Of a DNA stretch of 64,000 bases, positions 1-13,685 are shown piece after piece. The notes below the pieces were generated by a model. That model was not told the origin of the DNA, searched no databases, and saw nothing but the letters and a program-made list of their open reading frames with translations. The stretch comes from Lingula anatina. Lineage: Eukaryota; Animalia; Brachiopoda. The position numbers and the translations under genes are program-made. How positions within the stretch are numbered: the stretch's first letter is position 1; each line of letters starts with the position of its first letter. The stretch spans positions 2,116,954-2,180,953 of the forward strand of contig CM120644.1 in NCBI GenBank assembly GCA_051362555.1, in the 5' to 3' direction.

Positions 1-445
1 TATCTGTTTTAACTTACCATGACGGTCCACACGTTTTAATACTGAGAATGATTTTATTTTAGAACATTCTCTTTTAGAGAAGGAGTGCCTCAAAAGTTAA
101 GGAGATCGTGCTTTTATAATCTACGCCCCAAAAGTGTGAAATGCCCTACCAAATTTTATAAGAAAAACTTTGAAAGACTTTGACAATTTTAAATATTTTT
201 TAAAGACCCACATTTTTAATTCTGTCTATATCTTTTAGACTTTTTAATATATATATGTATTTTAATAAGATTGATTTTTTAATTTTTTCAGTGTAAATTT
301 TATATGGTTTCCAATGAGAGTTTAAGATTAAAATATTGGAGTCATTTTAATGATTTTAGTATATTAGCCATTATTGTAAGGCGCCTTGAGATAGAATGTA
401 AGGCGCCATATAAGGATTTTATTATTATTATTATTGTTGTTGCTG
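1..445 (+). mobile_element. 3' end of a degenerate L2/CR1-group LINE
   Basis: 101-217 translates as GDRAFIIYAPKV*NALPNFIRKTLKDFDNFKYFLKTHIF, matching the L2-type ORF2 C-terminus (GDRAF..APKLWNxLP..FKxxLKTHLF). It is followed by a typical 3' tail, tgtaaggcgccttgag...aggcgccatataa plus (ATT)n at about 375-435. Confidence 0.75.
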
Positions 446-1265
446 TTTAACTTATACTAACCTACTTTGTACAAATATGGTTTCAATAAATCGCCAAAAT
501 TATTACATTAATGAACATTGTGTATCAAACGTTTTGCATCTTATTTACTCTTCCTGGAAGGCCAAATACTGTGATGAACCTTGTCATTTGATAACGACAT
601 ATCTCGGTCGTCTTTTCTTTGTGTCCCATGCGTTGAAGGGTTTACTGTGTATTTGCCTGACGGTAGAAGGATTGAGGGGGGAGGGGAGTGAAGGTACATG
701 TGCAGCTAGCGTATTGTTATTGGTTTATTTTTGAAAGCAATTTGGATTTATATACATATACACGCCTTCAAGGTGCGTTATATGCATTCACCTCAGAAAA
801 AGTTTACTTTCGTTCAGATTGGAAGAACAGATACATTAAAACAAAACTGCTGAGAATAAAGCTGATTTACGACACTTTTTTTACATATCCCGTCCAGGAC
901 ATCTACCATTAAACGATTAGATTTAAATTTAAAGAAAATACGTTTTCGTGGGATTGTAGCGTTGCCGCATGTCTAAATTTGGTTGTAAAACAGAATATAA
1001 AAGTCAGAATTAAGATAATGCAATTGTAGATCTAGTGCAATGCAGAGATATCGCATTTAAGCACCGTCGAAGTGAATAAAACTAATCCCGATATTTATGT
1101 TAACTGTTGCGCTTCATAACACTGATAAGTTTGAATTAAATACGGTAAAAATCACAATTGTTTATACTGATACGATATTTTATTCAATATTATTTCTCTT
1201 TATATGATGCAAGCTGTGGTCGGACAAACCAGTATTTGTCTAGTCACGCGAAGTTTATACAGTTT

Positions 1266-1426
1266 GTTGGTTTATCTAAAATTAGAGCACAAATACATGT
1301 GTTTGTATGATAAGACAGCAAAGTCACCTCACGCGGCGATATAATTAGACGTTAACGTGTAAAAGATATTAAAAAAACCAAAGACCACTGAACATGCAGG
1401 CATTTTAGGGCAAGATAAAAGTAAGT
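1266..1426 (+). promoter_or_regulatory. Putative promoter and non-coding first exon of mucin gene 1
   Basis: TGATAAG 1308-1314, GATATAA 1338-1344, CAAAGACCA 1379-1387 and donor GTAAGT 1421-1426. Homologous to two modules upstream of mucin 2 (21115-21262 and 21813-21967). Confidence 0.6.
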
Positions 1427-2226
1427 GTGCTTATTCTTTTCATTATTTAGACTGTGCTACACAATTTTGTTTTGCGTGGGTACTTATGAATAGTGGTCGC
1501 ATACATGGGGTAAGAACCGCTTTTAATATTTATGGATTATTTAGAAAAAATAATGTCCTGAAATTATTCATAAATGATCCCTAATTACCGACATTAAATC
1601 CGATACCAGGAAGAATATACGTACCCTGTTCGTGAGTAGAAATCATTGCCAAATAACACAGTCCCTGACATAATTAAGGTCGTTACTAACCGTTCGTCAC
1701 AATTCTGTTGCATCATTATTTAATGAATATCGTATAATCATGGCGTTACCGTTTTAAAAAGATGTCGTACGTTTCATCGATTATATGCAGCCAATGTTAC
1801 CATCTTCTGGGGTAAAGAAAAACCGCCCCAGGGTGGTGAACTGGTGAAATCAATTCATTACGATGTTGAAACATATTGTATTATCGATGTAAACTAAAAT
1901 GTTCATGACGAACCTAACGACTCCATGTGTAATAATTTTATGTGCACTGATGGTAGCTTTGTCAGTATAGGTATATTTTATGTATCGTAGCATCCTGTTG
2001 TTTATAATGCATATAAGAAATAGACCGAATTTTAATGTTCTAAAACCCCTGTACAAAATCGCACTCTATAACCTTTTTCTAAAATCAAAATCCAGGGTGT
2101 ATTTAAAAAAAAATAAAAAAGAAATAACATGAAATATAAAAAGATAAATAAATATATAAAGAAATAAATCAAATAATTAATAACATAAAGAAATAAGCAA
2201 AAATATAAAAATAAATACATTAATTA

Positions 2227-2460
2227 GGGGAGACCGGGGCTAGTTGGCCCAGTCAGACACTTTTGGCCTTGTAGAGCCAACTGGGCATGAGTTAGAGTAA
2301 CAAAAAAGGTGTTGAAGTAAACACCATGAATTAAGCTACGTATGCAACGTCATTGTTTTTCAAATATATAATGACAGATGGCTAACAATTTGACCAAAAA
2401 CGCTTTTGACGTAAGTGGGGCCAACTTGCCCCGTCGCAACAAGTTGGCACCCTATACTTA
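2227..2460. mobile_element. Possible left end of a pogo/Fot1-like DNA transposon relic
   Basis: TA followed by GGGGAGACCGGGGCTAGTTGGCCC, with related subterminal motifs (ggggccaacttgcccc at about 2417). No intact matching right end was found. Confidence 0.3.
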
Positions 2461-4290
2461 AATGCAGTATCCCATGTAAACGTCATAAAATGCATTTTTA
2501 CTTTATTAAATTGATTTTTGAGAGTCTTTGGTGAATATGTAGTTCAGATGAGGTATATATTTATTGATGTTTCTATACGTTACGATGTGTGTGTTGTAAG
2601 AACCAAAATATCTATTAATTAAACTTGTTTTGTTTTAATTAAGGATAAGCTAATAATGGTATTAAGCATATTTTTAATGAATGAAGCGACTAATAAATTT
2701 TCTTTTTAAAGGAAACTAACAAAGTCAATCTTAAACTGATAATTATTTAACAAACCATCGACTTTGCTTTTACAATGGTTTATAGTTCTGTTGCCCGCAA
2801 AGGATTGTGGTCTATATGAGGGTCCAATTTGCCCTGCCCGGGTCCACATTTTTTTCTATTTAAGGATTGCAGCCGTTTTTGGTGCAAGAATGAAATGTGT
2901 TAACAAATTTTAGTAAAATTTCAGACATTTATTTCCATATTTTGGGTAGATAATGATATGGATTTATGTAACTCATAGAACTCATATTACATATTTTGAA
3001 GAAAACTGTTTAAAATATTGTGTTCAAACTAAAATACAATGTGGTCCGTGCACCAGCCTGAGATGTGCTATTTTATGCACACACACACATTGATCTTTTG
3101 TCAGTGTGAATGTTAACTAATTGGGTTAAAAACCTATGGAAATTTTATATCCATTATGTTAATATTACCTGTTTGTTCATCATTATAATTCAGTTTTGAA
3201 TATGATTTTTAGTATTGTGTTATATTGAATAGAACTTGATAAGGTAACCTGTTTTATAAATAGTCTGGATGATTGGTGCTATGCATAAAACGTGGTAGAA
3301 ATGGTCTTTGGTCTATGCTGATCCTTTTCAGTGGTAGTGCCAACATTTCAAAGCGTTGCTTGGCAACCGTTGCCATGGATTCGAATTACCTTAGTAACAA
3401 GCTAATGAGACCTTCCGTGTCCAGTTTAAATGATTAAAACATGCTAATTACAAGGTTTCAGGGCATTAAAACTACATCTAGACTATTTTAAGGTCATTAA
3501 AACCGAAATTAACCTTTCGAGCAAGATGTTCATACTTTTAACCCAGTTAGTTGAAACAATTGTGTGAAGTTTACACACATCCGATAAAAAAACATTGTTG
3601 CTGCAGATACTTAAAGACAGCATGTTCAAAGTTAGTAACCAGTCATTTCAATGCTTTTCTTAAACGCCTTACGACTCTTTATAAAACTTTGTAATAGTTT
3701 AAGTGTTTTAAAAAATACCCCTTGCATGTGCAATATACAGTGCATAGGATGGTTTTAAGTGCCCTTGCACATTGTTCCTACATACTTCAGCAACTCTGGA
3801 CAGAACATTAGCTTCTGGCATATTGTATCTACAAACGTCCACTGTTCCACATAAGTCCAACCAGAGTGAGAACATGGTATATGACGACATGACACCGCAG
3901 TGCTGGTTCATATGTTCATCTCGCAAGACTACTCTTTTCTATATTCTTTGTAAAGCAGCCTTGGTAGAAGGAAGATACGGCATCTAACGGCCTTTTTGTG
4001 AACAGAAACTTTTGAACTTCATTAATTAACAAAAAGAATGAAAATAGAACCATGAAGGTGTTTTTAAATTACTTGATAGAGAAAAGAAATAAATAAAAAA
4101 CAAGATACTTTAGGTGTGGTCATTGATAGATCTCCGGAGATTTTTGTGTTTGGGATTATGTAATCATACACTGTTTATGCACCTACCCTAATAATTATAA
4201 AAATATGTTAGTATATGTAGAATGGGAACAAAAAGATGGAAATGAACTAGAGGATATGTTGAATACTACAGAGATATATGTATATGTTCC

Positions 4291-4305
4291 TTATATATAT
4301 ATACA

Positions 4306-4380
<75 letters not shown>

Positions 4381-4381
4381 T
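4291..4381. repeat. (TA)n and poly-A microsatellite
   Basis: Directly visible. Confidence 0.9.
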
Positions 4382-6535
4382 GTAAAATACTTGTTGCTAG
4401 GGTAACACACTGCCTAGCAACTGTTGCAATCGCTTATTTGGGCCCTTAATGGTTTAAAATACTACAGTGATACTTTTGATTTCTTGAAGCAGTATTAAAA
4501 CCCTGTCTAAACCTTTTAAACTGAACAGGAATGGTCCAATTACCTTGTTACTAAGGTACAATTTTGGCACTACCGTTGAAAATGATTAGCATAGCCCAAA
4601 GGGCAGTTGTGCCAAGTTTCATGCTTTTTCCATCTTCTGAGCAATATATGCACCATTCATCTAGACTAAAAGCATCACGATCTGATTTTAGTCTGCACAT
4701 ACCGTATGACAGCTTTGTCATCTTGTTTTATAGCCAGGATTTTGAAAGCATTCTAACAGCATGGATCCCTTCTTGTTGAACTTATCTGAGAACATATATT
4801 GACAGAATATTACCTTTATCAATATCACAAGATATGGTCATATGAACCACCTGTCGTTCAACCATTTGAACAATATTGCAGGTTCTTGTTTCAGATCAAA
4901 GAATGCCCCAATAGTGCCTTGATCTTGGAATCACATGGAGGCCATAGCCTTGAACCCTGGTGAATTTTGCAGTAGTTGTAATAGGGGTACCTCAGTAGGA
5001 GCTGGTGCTTTTACTGGTTCCAATACATGGCTATTAAGAGACCATTTCTGCAGATATTTGGATCGATCTATCTTCCTGTGGAGTCTCATTTAATTGCTAT
5101 CAAACTTACCGGCTTAAACGTCAGTCACACCCAGCGAAATCGTTAGGGGATAATTATCTCTACCCCTATCTGATTCTGTAGACGCGACAGATATTTAAGC
5201 CTCTTGGGCTGATAACAATTTAGCGTAAACCCCCAGGGAGTAAGGTCGATCCAGGTGGATCGATCTATGGGAACCCAGTAAAAGGTGACCGTCCCCAATC
5301 TTCTAAGACGGACTGGAGCCGAAAACAAGACTTTGCCGTGGGGGATGTAAAGGGTATTTTCACTAGACCTTCAATATATTGGAATCAGGTCAGGAACCTT
5401 TAGCACCATTTTGTTCGCCCTAAGTTGTTTATTGTCTTGCCTATAAGGGCAAATGAGAATATCTTGACGGCAGATTTACTCTCAGTGGTCAAGTTAAGTC
5501 ACATGTAGCCCATTTAGCTGTGTCAGATCATGTATTATCGTTAAAGTTTTAAAGACATTAGAGGAATGTGGGTTTTATCACGAGCGATTGTCCTGCACGA
5601 TGACTTGACATCGTACCTGTAAGTGGCTACGGGCTACGGCAAGCATGTTTACATTACAGCTATAATCGATAGTCGCAGTGGATAGTCGCAGGGCCTAAAC
5701 CACGCGGGGCCTCCTCGCGTTTCTTCGCCATCCGCCCCCTTCCTTGATAAACGACAAGCGTTCGCAAACAATGGAGACATGATTGGAATCCCAACTTAGA
5801 AGTTTACACAAATTTGGCCCTTAAGTTGCGCGATCGTCACTTTAAACAGTTTTTACTTTCAAACAGAAGATATGTTATCAAACAGCACCTTGAAAACTTT
5901 TTTTGCGATAATCTTGCATACAATAAAAATTGATGAAGCTCGGACAGTCAATGATAAAAGATGCATTTTACGTGAAAAATAAGCCCAGGTCTCTGATTAA
6001 ATGCGAAGAGTTTTATATTCAACAAGCAACATCGGTCATAAAGGCCTCTTAAAATGACTTTCATCGATCTGTCCTAAAAAAAACATGCGAAAGCAAAAGT
6101 TTCAGTGAGGTGGATACTCATTGAGTTTATAATGTGGGTCGCAGTGGGGTGCAGAGCTTCGCTCAGCGAGCTGGATACGTAAAGTTTGACAACACTCATG
6201 GAAGCACCAGGGTTCAAACAACCCCGCTCGCCGATCTTGCTCGTCGAGGACCACCGTATAATTATGAATATTTAGGATTTCAGGCGGGACCAGAGCCAGG
6301 GTTGAGCGTTCTGGTCAAAATGATGAAAGTGACAATCTCAAAATGATGTTAACACCTCGCAAAAATGTTTCTGGTCAAAATAATACTTTCATCTTTTTTG
6401 TACAAACGGCGTTCCATACCGCTAGGGCCGCAGATTGATAATGTGCACTTTTTTCAGACTTTTTGCCAGATACATGCCATTGTACGGTACGTTATTTACA
6501 AAATTGAAACTATTTTTTTATTTGCAGCCACCAAC

Positions 6536-8288
6536 ATGTATCCTAGAAGACAGACCCAGCAAATAGCAATAATCATACTGATTTGCAAAGCATTAACCAC
6601 CACTGTACCACCATCTACAACAAACAATGAAACAGACGGAGGTGCCACAAGTACCACCACTGTACCACCATCTACAACAAATAATGAAACAGATGAAAGT
6701 GCCACAAGTACCACCACTGTACCACCATCTACAACAAATAATGAAACAAAAGAAGGTGCCAATGGTACCACCACTGTACCACCATCTACAACAAATAATG
6801 AAACAAACGAAGGTGCCAATGGTACCACCACTGTACCACCATCTACAACAAATAATGAAACAGATGAAAGTGCCACAAGTACCACCACTGCACCACCATC
6901 TACAACAAATAATGAAACAAACGAAGGTGCCAATGGTACCACCACTGTACCACCATCTACAACAAATAATGAAACAGATGAAAGTGCCACAAGTACAACC
7001 ACTGTACCACCATCTACAACAAATAATAAAACAAACGAAGGTGCCACAAGTACCACCACTGTACCACCATCTACAACAAATAATGAAACAAACGAAGGTT
7101 TCAATGGTACCACCACTGTACCACCATCTACAACAAATAATGAAACAGATGAACGTGCCAAGAGTACCACCACTGTACCACCATCTACAACAAATAATGA
7201 AACAGATGAAAGTGCCACAAGTACCACCACCGTACCACCAGTACCACCATCTACAACAAATAATAAAACAGATGAAGATACCAATGGTTCCACCACTGTA
7301 CCACCATCTACAACAAATAATAAAACAAAAGAAGGTGCCACAAGTACCACCACTGCACCACCATCTACAACAAATAATGAAACAGATGAAAGTGCCACAA
7401 GTACCACCACTGTACCACCATCTACAACAAATAATGAAACAGATGAAAGTGCCACAAATACCACCACTGTACCACCAGTACCACCATATACAACAAATAA
7501 TAAAACAGATGAAAATGTCACTAGTACCACCACTGTACCACCATCTACAACAAATAATGAAACAGATGAAGATACCAATGGTTCCACAACTGTACCACCA
7601 TCTACAACAAACAATGAAACAGACAGAGGTGCCAATCTTACCACCACTGTACCACCATCTACAACAAACAATGAAACAGACGGAGGTGCCAATGGTACCA
7701 CCACTGTACCACCATCTACAACAAATAATGAAACAGATGAAAATGCCACTAGTACCACCACTGTACCACCATCTACAACAAATAATGAAACAGATGAAAG
7801 TGCCACAAGTACCACCACTGTACCACAATCTACAACAAATAATGAAACAAACGAAGGTGCCAATGGTACCACCACTGTACCACCATCTACAACAAATAAT
7901 AAAACAGATGAAAATGCCACAAGTACCACCACTGTACCACCATCTACAACAAATAATGAAACAGATGAAAATGCCACAAGTACCACCACTGTACCACCAT
8001 CTACAACAAATAATGAAACAGATGAAAATGCCACAAGTACCACCACTGTACCACCATCTACAACAAATAATAAAACAGATGAAAATGCCACAAGTACCAC
8101 CACTGTACCACCATCTACAACAAATAATGAAAAAGATGAAGGTGCCACCACTGTACCAGCGTCTACAACGACCATAAGCACAAATGGAAGTGCAAGTACC
8201 ACTACCACTATACCAGCATCACCAACATTGACACCGCCCCTATACCCAACCTCCACCAGACCCCCTGTGCCAACTGAGGTAGAAATCG
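6536..8288 (+). CDS. Mucin 1 first coding exon: signal peptide plus PTS repeat
   Basis: Acceptor tttgcAG ends at 6527; ATG at 6536 (MYPRRQTQQIAIIILICKA); donor G|GTAAGC at 8288/8289, phase 1. Confidence 0.85.
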
Positions 8289-11200
8289 GTAAGCACAGGT
8301 TTGGCGGACGCTCAATTTTATCAGGATAGAATGAGTAACTTGCGGGGTTATTTCAAGAGTCATTGTCAACTGCCTGTATTAGACTGTTTATCAAGTATGC
8401 TAAAATTACTACGCCAGCAACGCCGGTATAGTCAATAAACACTGAAGTTTTGGTTGTGTATAATCTTGTGTGGACAGTAAGTTTAGAATAGTAGGGATTT
8501 GTTTTATTTGAATTTCATTACATCATATTTCATTTGTATTATTTTGTAACTGTTTCAGCTATAAAGGACATCGAGGAATTGGACAAAAAGGTCCAGTTGG
8601 TATATCGATTGCCGGGTTTAGATTTTGACAAAGATGAAAGTACCTTTAAGAATAACACAATACATTTGGAAACGCAGGTATCGATTTCAGTTATATTACT
8701 TACAAATGATTTGTCGTCATATTCCGGTTTGAATCTGCCTTTACTTTTTTTAAAAAAGCTTATATTAAAATATATAAATAGGCATTGGGTGTCAAGTTAT
8801 CAATTGGATGTCAATTATCAAATTTTCAAACCCATTCCTCCTTCGATATTTCCCTGTTTTTTATTATTTTATTATTTTCTATTCTTATTTTTCTGCTGTG
8901 ATTACAGTTCAATCATTCGAGGGTTGCTCTGGTACAAATTGTGTTTGAAATACCCCCACAGCTAAAATCTGGGGAGGTTCAATTCCGAAAAACGCAGTAC
9001 CCATTCAACGTCACACTTTCTGTTGATCAGCCAATCCTTAAGTCGCTCTCTTAGTCAAGCTAGGGAGTAATTTGATGTGTGGGGATGTCGCTATCTTGCT
9101 GGAACCACTGTTCATCTTGAGCTCTCTCTCTGAATCATTCCAGTAATATCTAATGTCTTCCTCAGCACTGCCACACATTGATTTAAAGACTGATCAACAG
9201 GAAGTGTGACACGGATTGGGTACTGCAGTCGCTGGACTTGTACATCCCCAGATTTTTTTTTCTGTGGGGGTCTTAAAAGGTTTAAGTTTACCAGGATATC
9301 CTTCTAATGCTTAGTGAATTATCGGGAATAATCACAACCAAAATTAGGGAAATCCCGAAAGAGCTATGTGTTTGACAAAATTATATTTGTTTCGCGACGT
9401 ATGCAAGTATGCATCTAATGCCTCGAAAGTTATTTGAAGCATATTGTTTTAAGATAACTTAACTTTTCTGCAAAGCGGCCAAGATAATTAAAACGTCAGG
9501 GTATTACCATGCACGTATTGAAGTCCGGCATATTTCTTGAAATTCGATGGACCTTTGTAGGATTTAATACATTTTTATGGGTTTTTAGTCACCCTCTTCA
9601 CATACGTTTCAGTTGTTAAACCAGTTCAATTCGGCAGGGGTAGAAGGTCTAAAAAAAGTAGAAATACTCCGTTTCAGGTAAGGTGATAAAATATAAGTAT
9701 ACTAGCCAGACAAAAGAAACAAACAAACAAAATTGGATGACTTATAAGTTCTTTATTTCTATAGTAAATGAAAGAGATGTCTACCTGTAGCTTGTGATCC
9801 AAATTTCGGTCACTCCACGAACTAGCTTCCTCAGTTTGTGTTACTTTGAGATACTGAGCACTATTCACTAATTTTCGTAATAGTTCTGTCCCATATGTGT
9901 GATAATTGGTGCGTACTACGTCTTGGCTCAGACTTAGGATGTAAAATGTCTTTTATCCCCCTCTCATGCCATAATGGGTCTTTGTCCAAATTTTTTTATG
10001 CTTCCCACGGGTGCTGGTTCCGTGGTTTCTCTGAGTGAATGTGCTTTGGGGCCTCTCAGGTAGTGGAAACTAGGAAAGTCACGGATTGACCGAAATCTTT
10101 GATAGGTATAGCTGTCGAAAGGGGAAAGTTAAATCTTTTAAATTGTGGACAAACTACGCAGATGAATTTTCATCAGAATAGTGTCTATGGGGGTTTATAC
10201 TATTACTTACCAACCAAAGTTTTATATCCAGTTAAGCATTTTTATCATTCGGTCAATGGACCAGTATGTTTTATACAAAGGGTAAATATTGTACACAAGT
10301 GAGAAAGGAGATCCCTTTAAACAGCATATAGTGACAGGTTAATTACCTAACGGTTTAAAGTGTATCTGCGTTTAGTTTTTTGCTGCCATTCGTTATACGA
10401 TCAGGGGGTGCTGTGCGTGTTTATTGTCTAATGTTTTCGATTGTCAGTCAATATGGAATTCAGAGTTGCTATTCTTTTTCAGAAATGGAAGTATTATCAT
10501 AGACTACAACTTAATATTTGCTGTCAAGAGTTTCTTGAAACAAAATGGAACATCCAACAGCACCTTGGATAAAATCAAAGATGTTCTTATCAATGGCAAT
10601 ACAACATTGGAAGTAAAAGTGAATGGGTCTGTCAGAACGTTTAACCCAGACAGAAATTATAGCGTCGCTGAACTTGAAAAGATAGGTAAAAATACGAATG
10701 TGCTTCGTACGGGATCTTCCCTCCGAAATGAAAACTCTACGCAAATGATTTTTTCTCCTACTCACGGATCGTCCTCGCTTTCTCATCTACTTTAATTGAC
10801 AGACCGGGTATTGCTTTGAAAAATAAGAACAATATATTTACAACATTGGTCAAAAATGTTGTCCCACTTCCATTCTTACGTGCTTTTATTTACAAATGAT
10901 AGCCTCAAAGGTGTAAATTACCATAAACATTGATTTTTATTCCAGATACCCTATGTAACCTGGATAATGGTTTAAAAATACAAAATAGTCATGTGAATAT
11001 CCACATTTTGACCCATTTATTCAAAATTGTAACATGTACCCCTCCAATCCATTGTGTCACTGTGATTTTCAACTAGGTAAAGAAGTATCCATAAAATTGA
11101 AAAGACACCGCCAAATATCAGCAAATTTACACAAAGATATCATTAGAATGTGATCGTTAAAGGTCAGGTGTCAAACAGTGTGTGTGTCTACCGCCTACTG

Positions 11201-13620
11201 CAGTAATTTTCTGTTGGCGGGGTATAAGCCTTCAACAAGGCTAACGATTCTGTTTTGAGAAATATTCACCACTCTTTCTTACGAGCTTGGTCCAGATTAT
11301 TAGGGAATTGGTTCTCCTCTGTATTGCACATTACAATTCACGCACAGGTGCTCAGCAGGTTTAATATCATGGCTTATAGATGGTTGCCCCATCTTCAGAT
11401 CATTGAGATCTGCAAAAAAAATCACTTTCCACCGTACATTGCGATTTTTTATTAAATAAAAAAATGAGAAGAGTTGACTACATAGTTCATAGAGTATCAC
11501 AGAATGATAAAACGGACACATCGCTATGGAAATACTGATTGTCAAATTATTATTTTAACAGAGGCTAAGATACAAGATCCATGTATTCTTTACGATGACG
11601 TAGACATATGTGCCTTTAAAACACAATCACGGGACTACACGTGTATACAGGAGAACCAAGGAGTGCGCTGTAAACCCAAATGTGAGGGATGGACCTGCGG
11701 TGGGCATGGGTCGTGCATCGTGGGTTACCCTGATTACAAACCAAGATGCCAGTAAGAAACAATTTCAATCGTGACGGATTATGATTTGTTTTCCAGTGGT
11801 TTATTGTACTTTTTTTTACAAAATTAGAAGCAGACCTACGTTTTAATAATTAACAAGTTTAGCAAAATCGAATCATCGACATTGTCAAAAAAGTAGAATT
11901 AAATTCATTTTGTCGTGTTGTATTCCACATATCTTACTTACTTATTTACTTCATTAATATTTTTCACAATTTTCTTCAGGTGTTATACTGATTTCCCATC
12001 TTTCCCATGGACATATTATGCTGGTGTAAACTGCACAGAAATGCGCACATTACCTCGGACTGAACAACCCAAGAAGACAACAATCACAACACCAACAAGA
12101 CCAATTGTTAATACTCTGCGTAAGTCAAGTGAAGTGTGAACCTATTTCTACCCCCTTAGACCCTATTTTCTTGCTTTTTCTGTTTAAGAGGACTGCACAT
12201 CACAATTTAAACATTGTGATAATACTCAGTATTCCAATCTTATACATATTATTTTAATGGCTGGACTATAGGTTTTGACTTTCGTCATGAAGCATCATTC
12301 CATATAACACAATATTTCGTGCATTAAATTATTTTTAATTAATGGGTATATCTTTGATCAATTTATACTGACATAAACATCAATGAAATCACTTCTTGTT
12401 ATAGTGATTTGAGTACTTATAAATTCAAGAACCACCCAGATCTTTTTTCTGCAAAAGAAAATGTGTTTCTAGTAAACATCACAAAGAAAACATAACCATG
12501 GTGTTAAGAATATTTTTTTAGCCCTTAATATTTAATTTTAACATTTTTGCTATCTATTCTGCTCCCAGTAGTATTGTCGGTACAGGTATGTAACAGGTAT
12601 TGGCTAAAACAGTTGGTTTATATCCCCCTGACTTTGTAAATTATCTTAAAATAATCTGAAGTTGTCATCACGTCCTTGAGCTAAAACATCTATTATATCT
12701 GGCTCAATCTTAGCTGGCGGTCTTACGGTGTGTAGGCAATGCAAATTCTATAACTTTCTTTATGGCTGACCTTGCCGATGTTTAACTGATAAAAGCGGCA
12801 GGTACCGTGTACAAGTAAGATTATGCATTGATGGTCTAACGTTGGTTGTGTACATGTATTTCCTGCACCACTTGCCTCCTACTTTCTCAGCTGCAGGCTG
12901 CCTTCACACCAAGGATTGGCACACAACTTTTGCGTGATTTTTGCGTCATCCCGGAATACCATATTATATTGCTTGTGGGCGAGGGACATGTCCCATTAAC
13001 CATAAGAAACTTTGCTATCAAAGTATGCATAAAATATTTCTATAGCAGTTCAAATACCACACGTAAATTCGTATTTTCACTTTTCAGAGGTGAATTCCAC
13101 TTACATTGAAAATATACCCAAGGCCATAGCACTAGAACTGCGAATAGAAACTGGCAATGTTTCTACATTTAAAGAGCATACATCGGAGGTGAAAGAAAAG
13201 GTATAGCGCTGAAGTTTTTGTAGGCATATAACATTAGATTTAAGTAGTCCCCTATGTATTAGATGTTATATCTCCAATTTATATCTTAATTTAGTAATAC
13301 TATAAGCAGTTAACGTTAAAATAAATATGTGTAGCTAAATCTGTAAATGCCAAAAATGTGTGAGATAGTTAAATTTAATTAACAGGAACTAAATGTAAAC
13401 TACCTCTTTGCATATTCCTCTTTATATTTTGTTTTTCGAATAAAATGGAAGAAAATTGTTTTATTCAGACGTTCATGTTCAGCACTTACCCATCTGTTGT
13501 CAATTATTTTTAGCTGTCAGTCAAGTTCAACGGTACTGGTCGGTTAAAAGAAGTTGTAATCAAAGGGTTCAGGTATATGATAATTTATCACCGCCTCTGG
13601 TATAAGGTTGAAAATCAAAA

Positions 13621-13685
<65 letters not shown>

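Noticed and set aside
3300-4620. Inverted homologous segments with GTTGC/GGTAAC motifs and a possible hAT-like HCILH remnant near 3730
   Set aside because: Too degenerate to define ends, a TSD or a reading frame; probably old repeat debris.
6365-6535. ORF-track start for mucin 1 at 6365
   Set aside because: It lies upstream of a clear splice acceptor at 6527. The ATG at 6536 gives a signal-peptide-like N-terminus resembling that of mucin 2.
6496-8256. Overlapping 586-, 411- and 516-aa ORFs in the mucin-1 repeat
   Set aside because: Shadow frames of the 57-bp repeat.
12569-12585. Possible 17-nt micro-exon (ccAG|TAGTATTGTCGGTACAG|GTATGT)
   Set aside because: Not needed, since the flanking exons already join in phase. 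It would require a shifted acceptor at 13089, and there is no transcript evidence.
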